NCBI GenBank assembly: GCA_035277305.1
Contig: DATEKT010000195.1
Coordinates: 6,329-70,328 of the forward strand
Direction: 5' to 3'
DNA length: 64,000 bases
From: Steroidobacteraceae bacterium
GTDB lineage: Bacteria; Pseudomonadota; Gammaproteobacteria; Steroidobacterales; Steroidobacteraceae
This document shows positions 36,580-47,453 of the stretch, piece by piece. The position numbers were made by a program, and so were the translations under genes. Position 1 is the first letter of the stretch, and every line of letters starts with the position of its first letter. The notes under the pieces are model-generated. The model saw only the letters and a list, made by a program, of their open reading frames with translations, did no database searches and was not told the origin of the DNA.

Positions 36580-39291
36580 CTATGGAGCGCGCGCCGCGCG
36601 CTGCTGTTGCTCGACCTGCTGAAAGTAGGCCTGCGCCTGCTGCGGTTTACCTGTCGCGCGATACAGATCCTCGATCCAGCGGCGCACCGTGGCGGTCATC
36701 TCCTTGTCGACTTCGTTGCCCACGAGGACGGGATAGGTTTCGGTCAGCGCTGCCTCCGCTTCCGCATAGCGCCGTTCCAGCGCCCAGGCTCTGCCCAGAA
36801 ATGCGCGCGCCTGCGCGTACCAGGGACTGCCGACGCCGTACTCCTTCGACCATTCCTGGAGCGCGCTCTGCAGCGTTTCTTCGGCTTCCTGCGGCTGATC
36901 CATTTCGAGCTGCGTTCGCCCGAGCATGGTGAGCGCCGCCGCCGTGTAACCATGGCCGGGCGGCAACGTCGCCCGATAGTTCTTGAGTGCCTCGCGATAG
37001 TGGGATTCGGCGTCGCCGTAGCGCTTGCGCTCGAAATCCAGGCGCCCGAGCTCGGCGAGCAGGTAGCCGACGTCGACGTTCGGACCGGGGTGCGCCTTGC
37101 GGCTGGCAGCCAATGCGGTCTCGTAGATCTGCTGCGATTCGTCGAAGCGGCGACGGTCGCGCAGCAGCCACGCGAGATTGCCCATCGCCTCGATCGTTTC
37201 CGTGTGCTCCGGGCCCAGCACCTGGCGCAACAAGTCGACGGTCTGGCGATACAACGGCTCGGCGCCGTCGAGATCGCCCTGCTGGTGCAGCGCCGTGGCG
37301 AGATTGTGCAGATGACGGATGTATTGCGGATGGTCCTTGCCGCGCGTGAGCACATCGATGCGCAGAGCTTCGCGGTAGAGCCGCTGCGCGGTGTCGAAGT
37401 CACGCCGCGACTGCGCGATGCGGGCGAGCGTGTCCAGCGGACTGGTCCGGTCTTCGTGGTCCGGCCCGCGCAGCGCCGTCCTGATCCGCAAACATTCTTC
37501 GAGGCGCTGCTGCGCGTTCGCGAGCTCGCCCTTGGCGTACTGGATCACGCCGAGGCGGCACAGGCTCCCCGCGGTTTCCAGGCTCTGCGTGCCGGTGAGC
37601 TGCGTGTTGATCGCGAGACTGTCGACCGCCAGCGCTTCGGCGGTCTTCAGATCGCCCTTCTTCTCGTACACGCGATTGAGGCTGTAGAGGCTGCCGGCCA
37701 CGTCCAGGTTGCGCTGGCCGAACAGCTTGCGCCGCACGGCGAGCCCCTGCTCGATCAACGGTTGCGCTTCGTCGGGCAGATCGAGACTCAGATACACGCT
37801 GCCGATCGTGTCGAGCAGCGTCGCCTGCAGGTCCGGCTGCGCGCGCAGCTCCTTGCCGATGCGCGCCGCGCCCTGGTCGAGAATTTCGCGCGCCGTGATT
37901 TCCTTGCCGCGCGCATGCGACGGGTCGGCCAGCCGGAACGAGTCGATCAGAAAGTCTTTGACGGCTTCCGAGCGCTGTTGCGCCGTCAGTGCCCGCGCGC
38001 GTTCCGCCTCCGCGACATCGCGCTCGTGGGCGATGCGCTGCGCCTGCAGGTAGGTCGTGATGGAAAAGCCGACCAGCAGCGCGAGGAATGCGACGGCGAG
38101 CCCGACAGCGAGGCTGTGACGCGCGAGAAATTTCCCCGCGCGATAGCTCCACGCATCGGCGCGCGCGAGCACAGGCATGCCGTCGAGGTGTCGTTGCACG
38201 TCCGCGGCGAACTGCTCGACCGAGGAGTAGCGGCGCTCGGGCTCCTTGCGCATCTCCATCAGCACGATGTTGTCGAGGTCGCCGGCCAGCTCGCGTCGCA
38301 ACCGTGCCGGACTCGTGCCGCGCTGTCGCGCGATCTCCGCCGCGTCCTCCCGCGCCTGCACGACAGTGCTCGGCGGCGGCGGCGTCTCTTCGCAGATCGC
38401 GCGCTCGAGATCGCCGAGCCGGTTGCCTTTGAGCGTGAAGGGCTTGCAGTCGCACAGCAGCTCGTACAGCACGACGCCGAGCACGTACGTGTCGCTGGCG
38501 GTCGTGATCGGATCGCCGCGGATCTGCTCCGGGCTGGCGTGATCCGGGGTCAGCACGCGGTAGTCGGCCTGCGTCACCGCCATCGTGTGCATCATCTGCC
38601 GGTCATCGAGCATCTTGGCGATGCCGAAATCGAGCAGCTTCGGCGAGCCGTCGCGCGTCACCAGGATGTTCGACGGCTTGAGGTCGCGATGCACGACCAG
38701 GTTCTGGTGCGCGCGATGCACCGCCGAGCAGACGGTCTGGAACAGTCGCAGCCGCTGCCCGACGCCCAGGGCGCGCGAATCGCAATAGATGTCGATCGGC
38801 TCGCCGTCGACATACTCCATGACGATGTAGGGCGTGCCATCCGTCGTCGTGCCGCCGTCGAACAGCCGCGCGATGTTCGGATGGTCCAGCGTCGCGAGGA
38901 TCTGGCGCTCCAGTTTCAGCCGGCCCTGCACGTGACGCGACAGCAGTCCGCGGCGCACGAGCTTGATGGCCACCTGTTGCTGGAATTGCTGGTCGGCGCG
39001 CTCGGCCAGAAAAACTTCGCCCATGCCGCCGCGTCCGAGGCTGCGCACGATGCGATACGGGCCGACGCGCTCGCCGGCAAGGTCGACGACAGTTTCCTCG
39101 ACGGCTTCAGGCGCTTCCCCGCCGTCCTCGCCGAACCATTGCTGGCGCGATTCGAGCTCGTGCATAGCGCTGGCATACAGATCGCTGTCCGTCGCGCACG
39201 CCTCGCGGATGTAACGCAGCCGCTCGTCCGGCGGCAGGGTCTGCGCCTCGTCGAGAATCTGCTGCAGGGTCTTGGAAGGCACTTTCGTCAT
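36580..39291 (-). CDS. Hanks-type Ser/Thr protein kinase with TM and TPR domain
   Basis: [29 protein letters not shown] and ASPEQ, then TM and TPR repeats. Confidence 0.95.
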   Translation of the reverse strand: MTKVPSKTLQQILDEAQTLPPDERLRYIREACATDSDLYASAMHELESRQQWFGEDGGEAPEAVEETVVDLAGERVGPYRIVRSLGRGGMGEVFLAERADQQFQQQVAIKLVRRGLLSRHVQGRLKLERQILATLDHPNIARLFDGGTTTDGTPYIVMEYVDGEPIDIYCDSRALGVGQRLRLFQTVCSAVHRAHQNLVVHRDLKPSNILVTRDGSPKLLDFGIAKMLDDRQMMHTMAVTQADYRVLTPDHASPEQIRGDPITTASDTYVLGVVLYELLCDCKPFTLKGNRLGDLERAICEETPPPPSTVVQAREDAAEIARQRGTSPARLRRELAGDLDNIVLMEMRKEPERRYSSVEQFAADVQRHLDGMPVLARADAWSYRAGKFLARHSLAVGLAVAFLALLVGFSITTYLQAQRIAHERDVAEAERARALTAQQRSEAVKDFLIDSFRLADPSHARGKEITAREILDQGAARIGKELRAQPDLQATLLDTIGSVYLSLDLPDEAQPLIEQGLAVRRKLFGQRNLDVAGSLYSLNRVYEKKGDLKTAEALAVDSLAINTQLTGTQSLETAGSLCRLGVIQYAKGELANAQQRLEECLRIRTALRGPDHEDRTSPLDTLARIAQSRRDFDTAQRLYREALRIDVLTRGKDHPQYIRHLHNLATALHQQGDLDGAEPLYRQTVDLLRQVLGPEHTETIEAMGNLAWLLRDRRRFDESQQIYETALAASRKAHPGPNVDVGYLLAELGRLDFERKRYGDAESHYREALKNYRATLPPGHGYTAAALTMLGRTQLEMDQPQEAEETLQSALQEWSKEYGVGSPWYAQARAFLGRAWALERRYAEAEAALTETYPVLVGNEVDKEMTATVRRWIEDLYRATGKPQQAQAYFQQVEQQQRAARAP

Positions 39292-39504
39292 CCCGGTGCC
39301 GCCCATCTTAAAGAGCGCCGGGCGGCCTGTCCTTCCGTCGGCTTGAATCGGCGGCAGCCGATGGGGCAACCTTGAGGCCTCACCGCACTGCGCAGTCACA
39401 ATTGGAGCCCGCCATGCGCCGATCCCATGTCCGACCGTTGCCTGCTCGCAAGGGACTGTTCGGCGGCGGCGGCATCAACCGCCCGGTCAAACTCTAGGCA
39501 GCCT

Positions 39505-40518
39505 CTAGTGGTAGCCGCTGTCCGCGGCGACCTTGCCGCGGAACACTGAATACGACCACCACGTGTAACCGAGCACCGCCGGCAGCATGATCAGCGTGCC
39601 AGTGAGCACGAAGCCCTGACTTGCAGGCGGCGCGGCCGCTTTCCAGATCGACAGATCCGGCGGCAGCAGGTTCGGCCAGATCCCCAGCACCAGTCCGGCG
39701 AAGCCGAGCGCGAAAAACGTCAGCGCCAGGATAAAGGGCATGTAGTCCGCGCGCCGCACGACTGCCTGCCACAGCCACACCGCATTCGCGAGCGCGAGCA
39801 GCGGCACCGGCGAAAGCCACAGGAAATTCCCGCCCTCGAACCAGCGCGACATCACCTGGCTGCTGAGAAACGGCAGCCACGTGCTCACCAGCCCCATGAA
39901 CGCGACCACGACGACCACCAGCGGCCGGGTCAGCTGGAACGCGACGTTCTGTAGAGCACCGTCCGTCTTCATGATCAGCCACGTGCTGCCGAGCAACGCG
40001 TAGCCGAACACCACCGCGACCGCCGTCAGCATCGAGAAAGGGCTGAACCAGGCGAACGCGCCGCCGAGATACTTCCCGCCCTGCAGGGGCATGCCTTCGA
40101 CGATCGCGCCGAGCATCAGGCCCTGCGCGAATGCCGCGGCGATCGAGCCCGCAGCGAAGCACACGCCCCAGATGCGTTTCGAGGTCTTCGCCTTGAAGCG
40201 GAATTCGAACGACACGCCGCGCAGTACCAGCGCGACGAGCATGAGCAACACCGGCAGGTAAAGCGCTGACAACATCAACGCATAGGCCTTCGGGAATGCA
40301 GCGAGCAGTCCCGCGCCGCCGAGCACCAGCCAGGTTTCGTTGCCGTCCCAGATCGGCGCCGCCGTGTTCATCATGCGATCGAGCTGTGCTTCGTCCTCGG
40401 CGAACAGCGACAGGATGCCGATGCCGAGCACGAAGCCGTCCATCAGCACGTACATCAGGATGCCGAAGCCGATGATGCCGAACCACAGGACCGGCAGAAT
40501 GGTGTGACCCTCCGTCAC
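39505..40518 (-). CDS. cydB: Cytochrome bd (CIO-type) ubiquinol oxidase subunit II
   Basis: DGFVLGIG, PIWDGNETWLV, LRGVSFEFR and VFRGKV. GTGA overlap. Confidence 0.95.
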   Translation of the reverse strand: MTEGHTILPVLWFGIIGFGILMYVLMDGFVLGIGILSLFAEDEAQLDRMMNTAAPIWDGNETWLVLGGAGLLAAFPKAYALMLSALYLPVLLMLVALVLRGVSFEFRFKAKTSKRIWGVCFAAGSIAAAFAQGLMLGAIVEGMPLQGGKYLGGAFAWFSPFSMLTAVAVVFGYALLGSTWLIMKTDGALQNVAFQLTRPLVVVVVAFMGLVSTWLPFLSSQVMSRWFEGGNFLWLSPVPLLALANAVWLWQAVVRRADYMPFILALTFFALGFAGLVLGIWPNLLPPDLSIWKAAAPPASQGFVLTGTLIMLPAVLGYTWWSYSVFRGKVAADSGYH

Positions 40519-41909
40519 GTGCTGCCCTCGATGGGCTCTTCGGGAATCGACAGCGGACGCTGTGCAGTCTTGTCCGGATGCAGCAGATCCTGCTCGACAG
40601 GTTGCGGGCCGCGTCGCAGGAGCTTCAGCAGGTAGTACGTGCCGGCGATGAAGACGAAGAGATACACCGTCGCGAAGACGATCAGCGAAGTGAGCACGCT
40701 GCCCGCGTCGATCGCGGTCGCGGCTTGCGACGTGCGCAGCAGGCCATACACGACATACGGCTGGCGCCCGATCTCGGTCGTGTACCAGCCTGCGAGCACG
40801 GCGATGAAGCCCGCGGGCGTCATCAGCATCCACGCGCGCAGCGTCCATTTCGAATCGAACAGGCGTTTGCGCCGCCACTGCAGCGCGGACCACGCCACCA
40901 GCGTGAGCATCAGCAAACCGATGCCGACCATCACGCGGAATGCGAAGAACACCGGCGCGACCGGCGGCCGCAGCTCCGGCGCCACTTCCTTGAGCCCTTC
41001 GACCTTGCCGTCGAGCTCGTGCGTGAGGATCAGGCTGCCGAGCTTCGGCACGCTCACTTCGTAGCGATTCGTCTCGCGCGCCGGGTCGGGCCACGCGAAC
41101 AGGATCAGCGGCACGCCGTGCCCGGTTTCCCAGTGTCCCTCGATCGCCGCCAGCTTCATCGGCTGGTGCTCACGGACCTTGAGTCCATGCATGTCGCCGA
41201 TGACCACCTGCGTCGGCACGGCGATCGCCGCGAAGCAGATCGATAGTTTCAGCATCAGCTGCGCCGCTTCGCGATGCCGTTGCCGCAACAGGTACACCGC
41301 GCTGATGCCGCCGATCACGAAGCAGGTCGTGATGAACGCCGCGAGTGTCATGTGCACCAGCCGCAGCGGGAAAGACGGATTGAACACGATGTGCCACCAG
41401 TTCTGCGGCTGGAACACGCCGTCGACGAGCGAAAAGCCCGCCGGTGTCTGCATCCAGCTGTTCGCCGCGATGATCCAGAACGTGGAGATGAGCGTGCCCA
41501 GCGCCACCATGCAGGTCGCGAAGAAATGCAGGCGCGGCTGCACGCGCCGCCAGCCGAACAGCATCACGCCGAGGAACGTCGCTTCGAGGAAGAAAGCAGT
41601 GAGGACTTCGTACGCGAGCAGCGGGCCGAGAATGTTGCCGGCGCGGATCGACAGCTCAGCCCAGTTGGTGCCGAACTGAAAGCTCATGACGATGCCGGAG
41701 ACCACGCCGAGCGCGAACGACACGGCGAAGATCTTCAGCCAGAACACGTACAGGTCGCGCCACAGCGCGCGGCGCGTCTTCAGGTACGCGCCGGCCAAAA
41801 ACGCCAGCCAGCTCGCCAGGCCGATCGTGAACGCGGGGAAGATGATGTGAAAGCTCATCACGAATCCGAACTGGATCCGCGACAGCAGGACTACAGTGGG
41901 GTCCGTCAT
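40515..41909 (-). CDS. cydA: Cytochrome bd (CIO-type) ubiquinol oxidase subunit I
   Basis: SRIQF..FHIIFP, FQFGTNW, AFFLEA, NSWMQTP, KLAAIEG and EIGRQP. Confidence 0.96.
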   Translation of the reverse strand: MTDPTVVLLSRIQFGFVMSFHIIFPAFTIGLASWLAFLAGAYLKTRRALWRDLYVFWLKIFAVSFALGVVSGIVMSFQFGTNWAELSIRAGNILGPLLAYEVLTAFFLEATFLGVMLFGWRRVQPRLHFFATCMVALGTLISTFWIIAANSWMQTPAGFSLVDGVFQPQNWWHIVFNPSFPLRLVHMTLAAFITTCFVIGGISAVYLLRQRHREAAQLMLKLSICFAAIAVPTQVVIGDMHGLKVREHQPMKLAAIEGHWETGHGVPLILFAWPDPARETNRYEVSVPKLGSLILTHELDGKVEGLKEVAPELRPPVAPVFFAFRVMVGIGLLMLTLVAWSALQWRRKRLFDSKWTLRAWMLMTPAGFIAVLAGWYTTEIGRQPYVVYGLLRTSQAATAIDAGSVLTSLIVFATVYLFVFIAGTYYLLKLLRRGPQPVEQDLLHPDKTAQRPLSIPEEPIEGST

Positions 41910-42085
41910 GGCGGCGCGAATTGTCGGCGCGTGCCACTGCCACAGCAACTGCGGAAACGCACGACAGCGGTCCCGGCGAAGGCTGCTTTCGCGAAAGTGA
42001 AAGGCGGGCGCCGCAAGAGTTACACTGGCGCGCCTTCCGGCCCGAGAACAGGCCCTCAAGAACATCTATCAAGGGGAGTTCCTTT

Positions 42086-43279
42086 ATGCGGTCCACCAGC
42101 CCTGGCGTTTCCCGCGTCCTTCTGCTGTCCGGTATTGCTCTGGCGATCGCGGCGTGCGGCAAGAAGGAAGCGCCACCGCCCGTCGCGGCGGAACAGCCGG
42201 CAGTCTCGACGGCCCTCGAAGGACAAGTCGACATCGTCGCGTGGCCGGGCTACATCGAGCGCGGCGACACCGATGCGAAGTACGACTGGGTGAAGCCGTT
42301 CGAGGCCTCGACCGGGTGCAAAGTCAACGTCAAGACCGCCGGCACGTCGGACGAGATGGTCTCGCTGATGAACCAGGGCGGCTACGACCTCGTGACAGCG
42401 TCCGGCGACGCATCCCTGCGGCTGATCCGCGGCGGAACGGTGCAGCCGATAGATGTTTCGCGCGTGCCTTCGTACGACAATCTCGATCAGCGGATCAAGG
42501 AAGCGCCGTGGCACTTCGTCGACGGCAAGCACTACGGTGTGCCGTACCAGTGGGGACCGAACGTCCTGATGTACAACACCCAGGTGTTCAAGAAAGCGCC
42601 GACGTCGTGGAGCATCGTGTTCGAGCCCGGCAAATTCCCCGACGGCAAACCGAACAAGGGTCGCGTGCAGGCGTACGACGGGCCGATCTACATCGCCGAC
42701 GCGGCGCTGTACCTGATGACGAAGAAGCCGGACCTCGGTATCAAGGATCCGTATGAGCTCAACGAGCAGCAATACGCCGCGGTGCTCGAGGTGCTGCGCA
42801 CGCAGCATCCGCTGATCCAGCGCTACTGGCACGACACCACCACGCAGGTGGATGACATGACCAAGGAAGGCGTGGTCGCCTCCAGCACCTGGCCGTTCCA
42901 GGTCAACACGCTGATCGCGAACAAGCAGCCGATCGCGAGCACGGTGCCCGCCGAAGGCGCGACGGGTTGGGCGGACACGACGATGATGCACTCGAACGCC
43001 AGGCATCCGAACTGCGCGTACAAGTGGCTCGAATGGTCGATCAGCGCGAAGGTGCAGGGCGACGTCGCCGCGTGGTTCGGCTCGGTGCCGGTCGTGCCCA
43101 CGGCGTGCGAGCGCAACGACCTGCTCGGCGCCGACGGTTGCAAGACCAACGGCATCGACAACTTCGACAAGATCAAGTTCTGGCGCACGCCGGAAGCGAA
43201 GTGCAAGTCGCAGAACGACGCGTGCGTGCCCTACAGCCGCTGGGCGACCGACTACGTCGCAGTGATGGGAGGCCGGTAG
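42086..43279 (+). CDS. ydcS: Polyamine ABC transporter substrate-binding lipoprotein
   Basis: Lipobox IAACG, IVAWPGYIERG, TSDEMV, ASGDASLRLI and EGATGWAD. Confidence 0.88.
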   Translation: MRSTSPGVSRVLLLSGIALAIAACGKKEAPPPVAAEQPAVSTALEGQVDIVAWPGYIERGDTDAKYDWVKPFEASTGCKVNVKTAGTSDEMVSLMNQGGYDLVTASGDASLRLIRGGTVQPIDVSRVPSYDNLDQRIKEAPWHFVDGKHYGVPYQWGPNVLMYNTQVFKKAPTSWSIVFEPGKFPDGKPNKGRVQAYDGPIYIADAALYLMTKKPDLGIKDPYELNEQQYAAVLEVLRTQHPLIQRYWHDTTTQVDDMTKEGVVASSTWPFQVNTLIANKQPIASTVPAEGATGWADTTMMHSNARHPNCAYKWLEWSISAKVQGDVAAWFGSVPVVPTACERNDLLGADGCKTNGIDNFDKIKFWRTPEAKCKSQNDACVPYSRWATDYVAVMGGR

Positions 43280-43306
43280 CGCCTCCAGGCGAGCATCTGA
43301 CGGCTC

Positions 43307-44329
43307 ATGACCGCCGCCATCGAGTTCCGCGACGTATCGCGCGTCTACGGTGAAGTGCACGCTGTCGATCGCGTCTCGCTGACGGTGCAGGCCGGAGAGT
43401 TCTTCGCGATGCTCGGGCCTTCGGGCTCGGGCAAGACGACGTGCCTGCGGCTGATCGCGGGCTTCGAGACGCCCGATACCGGCAGCGTGCTGCTGAACGG
43501 CCGCGACGTCACGGACGATCCACCGTATGCGCGCGACGTGAACACGGTGTTCCAGGATTACGCGCTGTTTCCGCACATGAGCGTGCTGGAGAACGTTGCG
43601 TACGGACCGCGGGTGCGCGGGCAGCGCAAGGACGACTGGCGGCGGCGCGCGCACGAAATGCTCGAGCTGGTGCAGCTCGGCCACTTCGCTGAGCGCCGCC
43701 CTTCGCAACTCTCCGGCGGCCAGCGCCAGCGTGTTTCGCTGGCGCGCGCGCTCATCAATCAACCGCGCGTGCTGCTGCTCGACGAGCCGCTCGGCGCGCT
43801 CGATCTCAAGCTGCGCGAGGAGATGCAGATCGAGCTGAAGAATCTGCAGCGGCGGCTCGGTATCACGTTCGTATTCGTCACGCACGATCAGGGCGAGGCG
43901 TTGTCGATGGCGGACCGCGTCGCCGTGTTCGATCGCGGCCGGATCGAGCAGCTCGACACGCCGCGGACGCTGTATACGCGTCCCGCCACTGCGTTCGTCG
44001 CGCGTTTCGTGGGTAGCGCGAATGTCGTCGCGGGCGAGCTCGCGCAACGGCTCAGCGGTCGCGCCGCGCCGTTTGCGGTACGCGCGGAAAACATCCGATT
44101 GCGTGCGCCGGCTGCGGCTGCCGACGCGAACTCGATGAGCTGTCTCGGCGACGTCGCGGACGTGCAGTATCACGGCGCCATGAGCCGCTGGCAGGTCCGG
44201 CTGGACAGCGGCGAGGTGTTTGCCGCGGCGCTGCCGGACATGAGCGGCCATGGCGATTTCAAGATCGGAGCGCGGGTCCGTCTCGAATGGTCGCACGCCG
44301 ATGCTGTGCCGCTGACGGCCGCGGAGTAG
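43307..44329 (+). CDS. ydcT: Polyamine ABC transporter ATP-binding protein
   Basis: [27 protein letters not shown] and [10 protein letters not shown]. Confidence 0.9.
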   Translation: MTAAIEFRDVSRVYGEVHAVDRVSLTVQAGEFFAMLGPSGSGKTTCLRLIAGFETPDTGSVLLNGRDVTDDPPYARDVNTVFQDYALFPHMSVLENVAYGPRVRGQRKDDWRRRAHEMLELVQLGHFAERRPSQLSGGQRQRVSLARALINQPRVLLLDEPLGALDLKLREEMQIELKNLQRRLGITFVFVTHDQGEALSMADRVAVFDRGRIEQLDTPRTLYTRPATAFVARFVGSANVVAGELAQRLSGRAAPFAVRAENIRLRAPAAAADANSMSCLGDVADVQYHGAMSRWQVRLDSGEVFAAALPDMSGHGDFKIGARVRLEWSHADAVPLTAAE

Positions 44330-44333
44330 CGCC

Positions 44334-45239
44334 GTGCGAGCGCTGTCGACATTCCTCTATCGGCGGCCCAATTTCTACGTCCTGCTGCTGCTGATCCCGC
44401 CGCTGCTGTGGTTCGGCACGGTATATCTCGGCTCGCTGTTCACCCTGCTCGCGCAGAGCATTTATGCGATCGACGAGTTCACGGCGAAGGTCGTGTACGA
44501 GCCGACGCTTGCGACGTACAAGCAGGTCGTCACGCAGCCGGCGAACGTCGACATCATCCTGCGCACGCTCTCGATGGCGGTAGCGGTGACGATCGCGTGC
44601 GGCCTGCTTGCGCTGCCGATCGCCAACTACATGGTTCGCTACGCGTCGCCGCGCGGCCGCGCGCTGCTCTATGTCGGCGTGATGTTGCCGATGTGGACGA
44701 GCTACCTCGTGAAGGTCTATGCGTGGCGGCTGATCCTCGCGAAGCAGGGCATCCTCAGCTGGATGCTCGATACCGTCGGTCTCGGCGCGGGGCTCGATGC
44801 GGCGCTGCGCCTCCCTGGCATCGGCGGTCCGTCGCTGTCCTCGTCGTACATCGGCATGTTCATCGTGTTCGTCTACATGTGGCTGCCGTTCATGATCCTG
44901 CCGCTCGCGGCGGCGCTCGAGAAAGTGCCGGAGTCCTTGTTGCAGGCGTCGGCGGATCTCGGCGCGCGGCCGGCGCAAACCTTCCGCAGAGTGACGTTGC
45001 CGCTCGCGTTGCCCGGGCTCGCCGCGGGCTCGGTGTTCACGTTCTCGCTGACGCTCGGCGACTACATCATCCCGAGCGTCGTCGGCGCGCCCGGTTACTT
45101 CATCGGCATGATGGTCTATCAGCAGCAGGGAACCGCCGGCAACATTCCGCTCGCCGCGGCGTTCTCGGTCGTGCCGATCGTGCTGATCATGGTTTATCTC
45201 ACGATCGCGAAGCGTGCAGGAGCGTTCGATGCGTTATAG
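44334..45239 (+). CDS. ydcU: Polyamine ABC transporter permease
   Basis: [12 protein letters not shown]-like QASADLGA and TLGDY. Confidence 0.88.
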   Translation: MRALSTFLYRRPNFYVLLLLIPPLLWFGTVYLGSLFTLLAQSIYAIDEFTAKVVYEPTLATYKQVVTQPANVDIILRTLSMAVAVTIACGLLALPIANYMVRYASPRGRALLYVGVMLPMWTSYLVKVYAWRLILAKQGILSWMLDTVGLGAGLDAALRLPGIGGPSLSSSYIGMFIVFVYMWLPFMILPLAAALEKVPESLLQASADLGARPAQTFRRVTLPLALPGLAAGSVFTFSLTLGDYIIPSVVGAPGYFIGMMVYQQQGTAGNIPLAAAFSVVPIVLIMVYLTIAKRAGAFDAL

Positions 45240-46032
45240 ACGCCGGCGCTGGAACCAGGCTTCGCCCGGTGCGCGGCTCGCCGCGTATGCGGTGCTCGCG
45301 TTCATGCATCTGCCGGTGCTCGTCATCGTGCTGTACGCGTTCACGACGGCCGATCGCACGTACGAGTTTCCCCCGCCGGGACTGACGCTGCACTGGTTCG
45401 AAGCGGCGTTCGCGCGGTCCGACATCTGGGCGGCGATGCGCCTGTCGTTGTTGGTTGCCGCCGTGGCGACGCTGGCGGCGATCGTCCTGGGCTCGCTCAC
45501 GGCGCTGGGCATGGCGCGCGGTAATTTCCGCGGCAAAGAGAGCATCACGCTGCTGCTGGTGCTGCCGATCGCGCTGCCGGGAATCGTCACCGGCATTGCA
45601 TTGCTCACGGCAATCAAGAGCGCGCAGCTCGATCCCGGCTTCTGGACCATCGTCGCCGGCCACGCGACGTTCTGCATCGTCATCGTCTACAACAATGTCG
45701 TCGCGCGGCTGCGCCGGTTGCCGCGCAACTGGATCGAAGCGTCGATGGATCTGGGCGCGGACGGCTGGCAAACATTCCGGTACATCGTGCTGCCGCAAAG
45801 TGCCACCGCGCTGCTCGCCGGCGGCATGCTGGCCTTCGCGTTGTCGTTCGACGAGATCATCGTCACGCTGTTCACCGCCGGTCACGATCGCACGCTGCCG
45901 ATCTGGTTCTTCAACGAGCTGTTCCGGCCGCGCGAGCGGCCGATCACCAATGTGGTTGCCGTCATCGTGATGATCGTGACGTTCATCCCGATCCTGCTGG
46001 CCTACCGTCTCACGCGCAGAGGTTCCGAATGA
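45229..46032 (+). CDS. ydcV: Polyamine ABC transporter permease
   Basis: [19 protein letters not shown] and LSFDEIIVT. Confidence 0.88.
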   Translation: MRYRRRRWNQASPGARLAAYAVLAFMHLPVLVIVLYAFTTADRTYEFPPPGLTLHWFEAAFARSDIWAAMRLSLLVAAVATLAAIVLGSLTALGMARGNFRGKESITLLLVLPIALPGIVTGIALLTAIKSAQLDPGFWTIVAGHATFCIVIVYNNVVARLRRLPRNWIEASMDLGADGWQTFRYIVLPQSATALLAGGMLAFALSFDEIIVTLFTAGHDRTLPIWFFNELFRPRERPITNVVAVIVMIVTFIPILLAYRLTRRGSE

Positions 46033-47453
46033 ATACCAAGCTGCTCATCAACGGCAAACTGGTTGCCGGCAAGGGTGCGAAAGAAGACGTGCTGGATCCC
46101 GCCACCGCGAAGCCGCTCGTCTCGATCGCCGAGGCGTCGCCGGAGCAGATCGAGAGCGCCGTCGCTGCAGCGGCCAAAGCATTTCCCGCGTGGAGCGCGA
46201 GCGTGCCGAAGGACCGCGCCGCACTGCTGTTGAAGGTCGCGGACCGGATCGAAGCCGAAGCGGCGGAGTACGCGCGCCTGGAATCGCAGAACTGCGGCAA
46301 GCCGTACGCCGCCGTGCTGAGCGACGAGATCCCGGCGATCGTCGATGTCTTCCGCTTCTTCGCAGGCGCCGCGCGCACGCTGCACGGCGCGGTTGCCGGC
46401 GAATACCTGCCCGGCTTCACGAGCATGATCCGCCGCGATCCGGTGGGCGTGGTCGCGTCGATCGCGCCGTGGAACTACCCGCTGATGATGGCGGCTTGGA
46501 AGATGTCGCCGGCGCTCGCAGGCGGCAACACGATCGTGCTCAAGCCGTCGGAACAGACGCCCCTGACCGCGCTGAAGCTCGCGACTCTGCTCGCCGAGCT
46601 GTTTCCGCCGGGCGTCGTCAACATCGTGCACGGCAGAGGCCCGACGGTGGGTGCGGCGCTGATCTCGCAGCCGCAGGTCGCGATGATCTCGCTGACCGGC
46701 GATGTCACGACCGGCGAGAAGGTGCTGCAGGCCGCGGCCAAGGGCGCGAAGCGCACGCACCTGGAGCTCGGCGGCAAGGCGCCTGTGATCGTGTTCGACG
46801 ACGCCGATCGCGAAGCCGTCGTCAGCGGCGTGCGGACTTTCGGTTTCTACAACGCCGGCCAGGACTGTACTGCCGCGTGCCGCATCTACGCGGGCCCGAA
46901 GATCTACGACAAGCTGGTCGCGGACCTGACGAGCGCGGCGGCGTCGATCAAGGTCGGCAGGCAGGACGAGGAGGGCGTCGAGATGGGCCCGCTCATCAGC
47001 GCGAAGCAGCGCTCGCGCGTCGCCGGCTTCGTCAATCGCGCGGACAAGAGCCGCCATATCGAGATCACCACGGGCGGCAAATCGCGCGGTGGCGGCGGCT
47101 TCTTCTTCGAGCCGACGGTGATCGCGGGCGCGAAGCAGAGCGATGAGATCGTGCGGCGCGAGGTGTTCGGGCCGGTCGTGTCGGTGACGCGCTTCAAGGA
47201 CGCGGACCAGGCGATCGCCTGGGCGAACGACTCGGACTACGGCCTCGCGTCATCCGTGTGGAGCAACGACATCGGCAAAGCGATGCGCGTAGCTGCGCGC
47301 CTGCAGTACGGTTGTACGTGGATCAACACGCATTTCATGCTGGTGAGCGAGATGCCGCACGGCGGACTGAAGCGTTCCGGCTACGGCAAGGATCTGTCGG
47401 TGTACGCGCTCGAGGACTACACCGTGCCGCGGCACGTGATGGTGAAGCTATAG
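46029..47453 (+). CDS. patD: Gamma-aminobutyraldehyde dehydrogenase
   Basis: [37 protein letters not shown] and SGYGKDLS; follows ydcSTUV. Confidence 0.92.
   Translation: MNTKLLINGKLVAGKGAKEDVLDPATAKPLVSIAEASPEQIESAVAAAAKAFPAWSASVPKDRAALLLKVADRIEAEAAEYARLESQNCGKPYAAVLSDEIPAIVDVFRFFAGAARTLHGAVAGEYLPGFTSMIRRDPVGVVASIAPWNYPLMMAAWKMSPALAGGNTIVLKPSEQTPLTALKLATLLAELFPPGVVNIVHGRGPTVGAALISQPQVAMISLTGDVTTGEKVLQAAAKGAKRTHLELGGKAPVIVFDDADREAVVSGVRTFGFYNAGQDCTAACRIYAGPKIYDKLVADLTSAAASIKVGRQDEEGVEMGPLISAKQRSRVAGFVNRADKSRHIEITTGGKSRGGGGFFFEPTVIAGAKQSDEIVRREVFGPVVSVTRFKDADQAIAWANDSDYGLASSVWSNDIGKAMRVAARLQYGCTWINTHFMLVSEMPHGGLKRSGYGKDLSVYALEDYTVPRHVMVKL

Noticed and set aside
39505-47453. cydAB lacking cydX, and the polyamine operon, as novel
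   Set aside because: Short-Q-loop CIO-type oxidases and ydcSTUV-patD are well-known arrangements.
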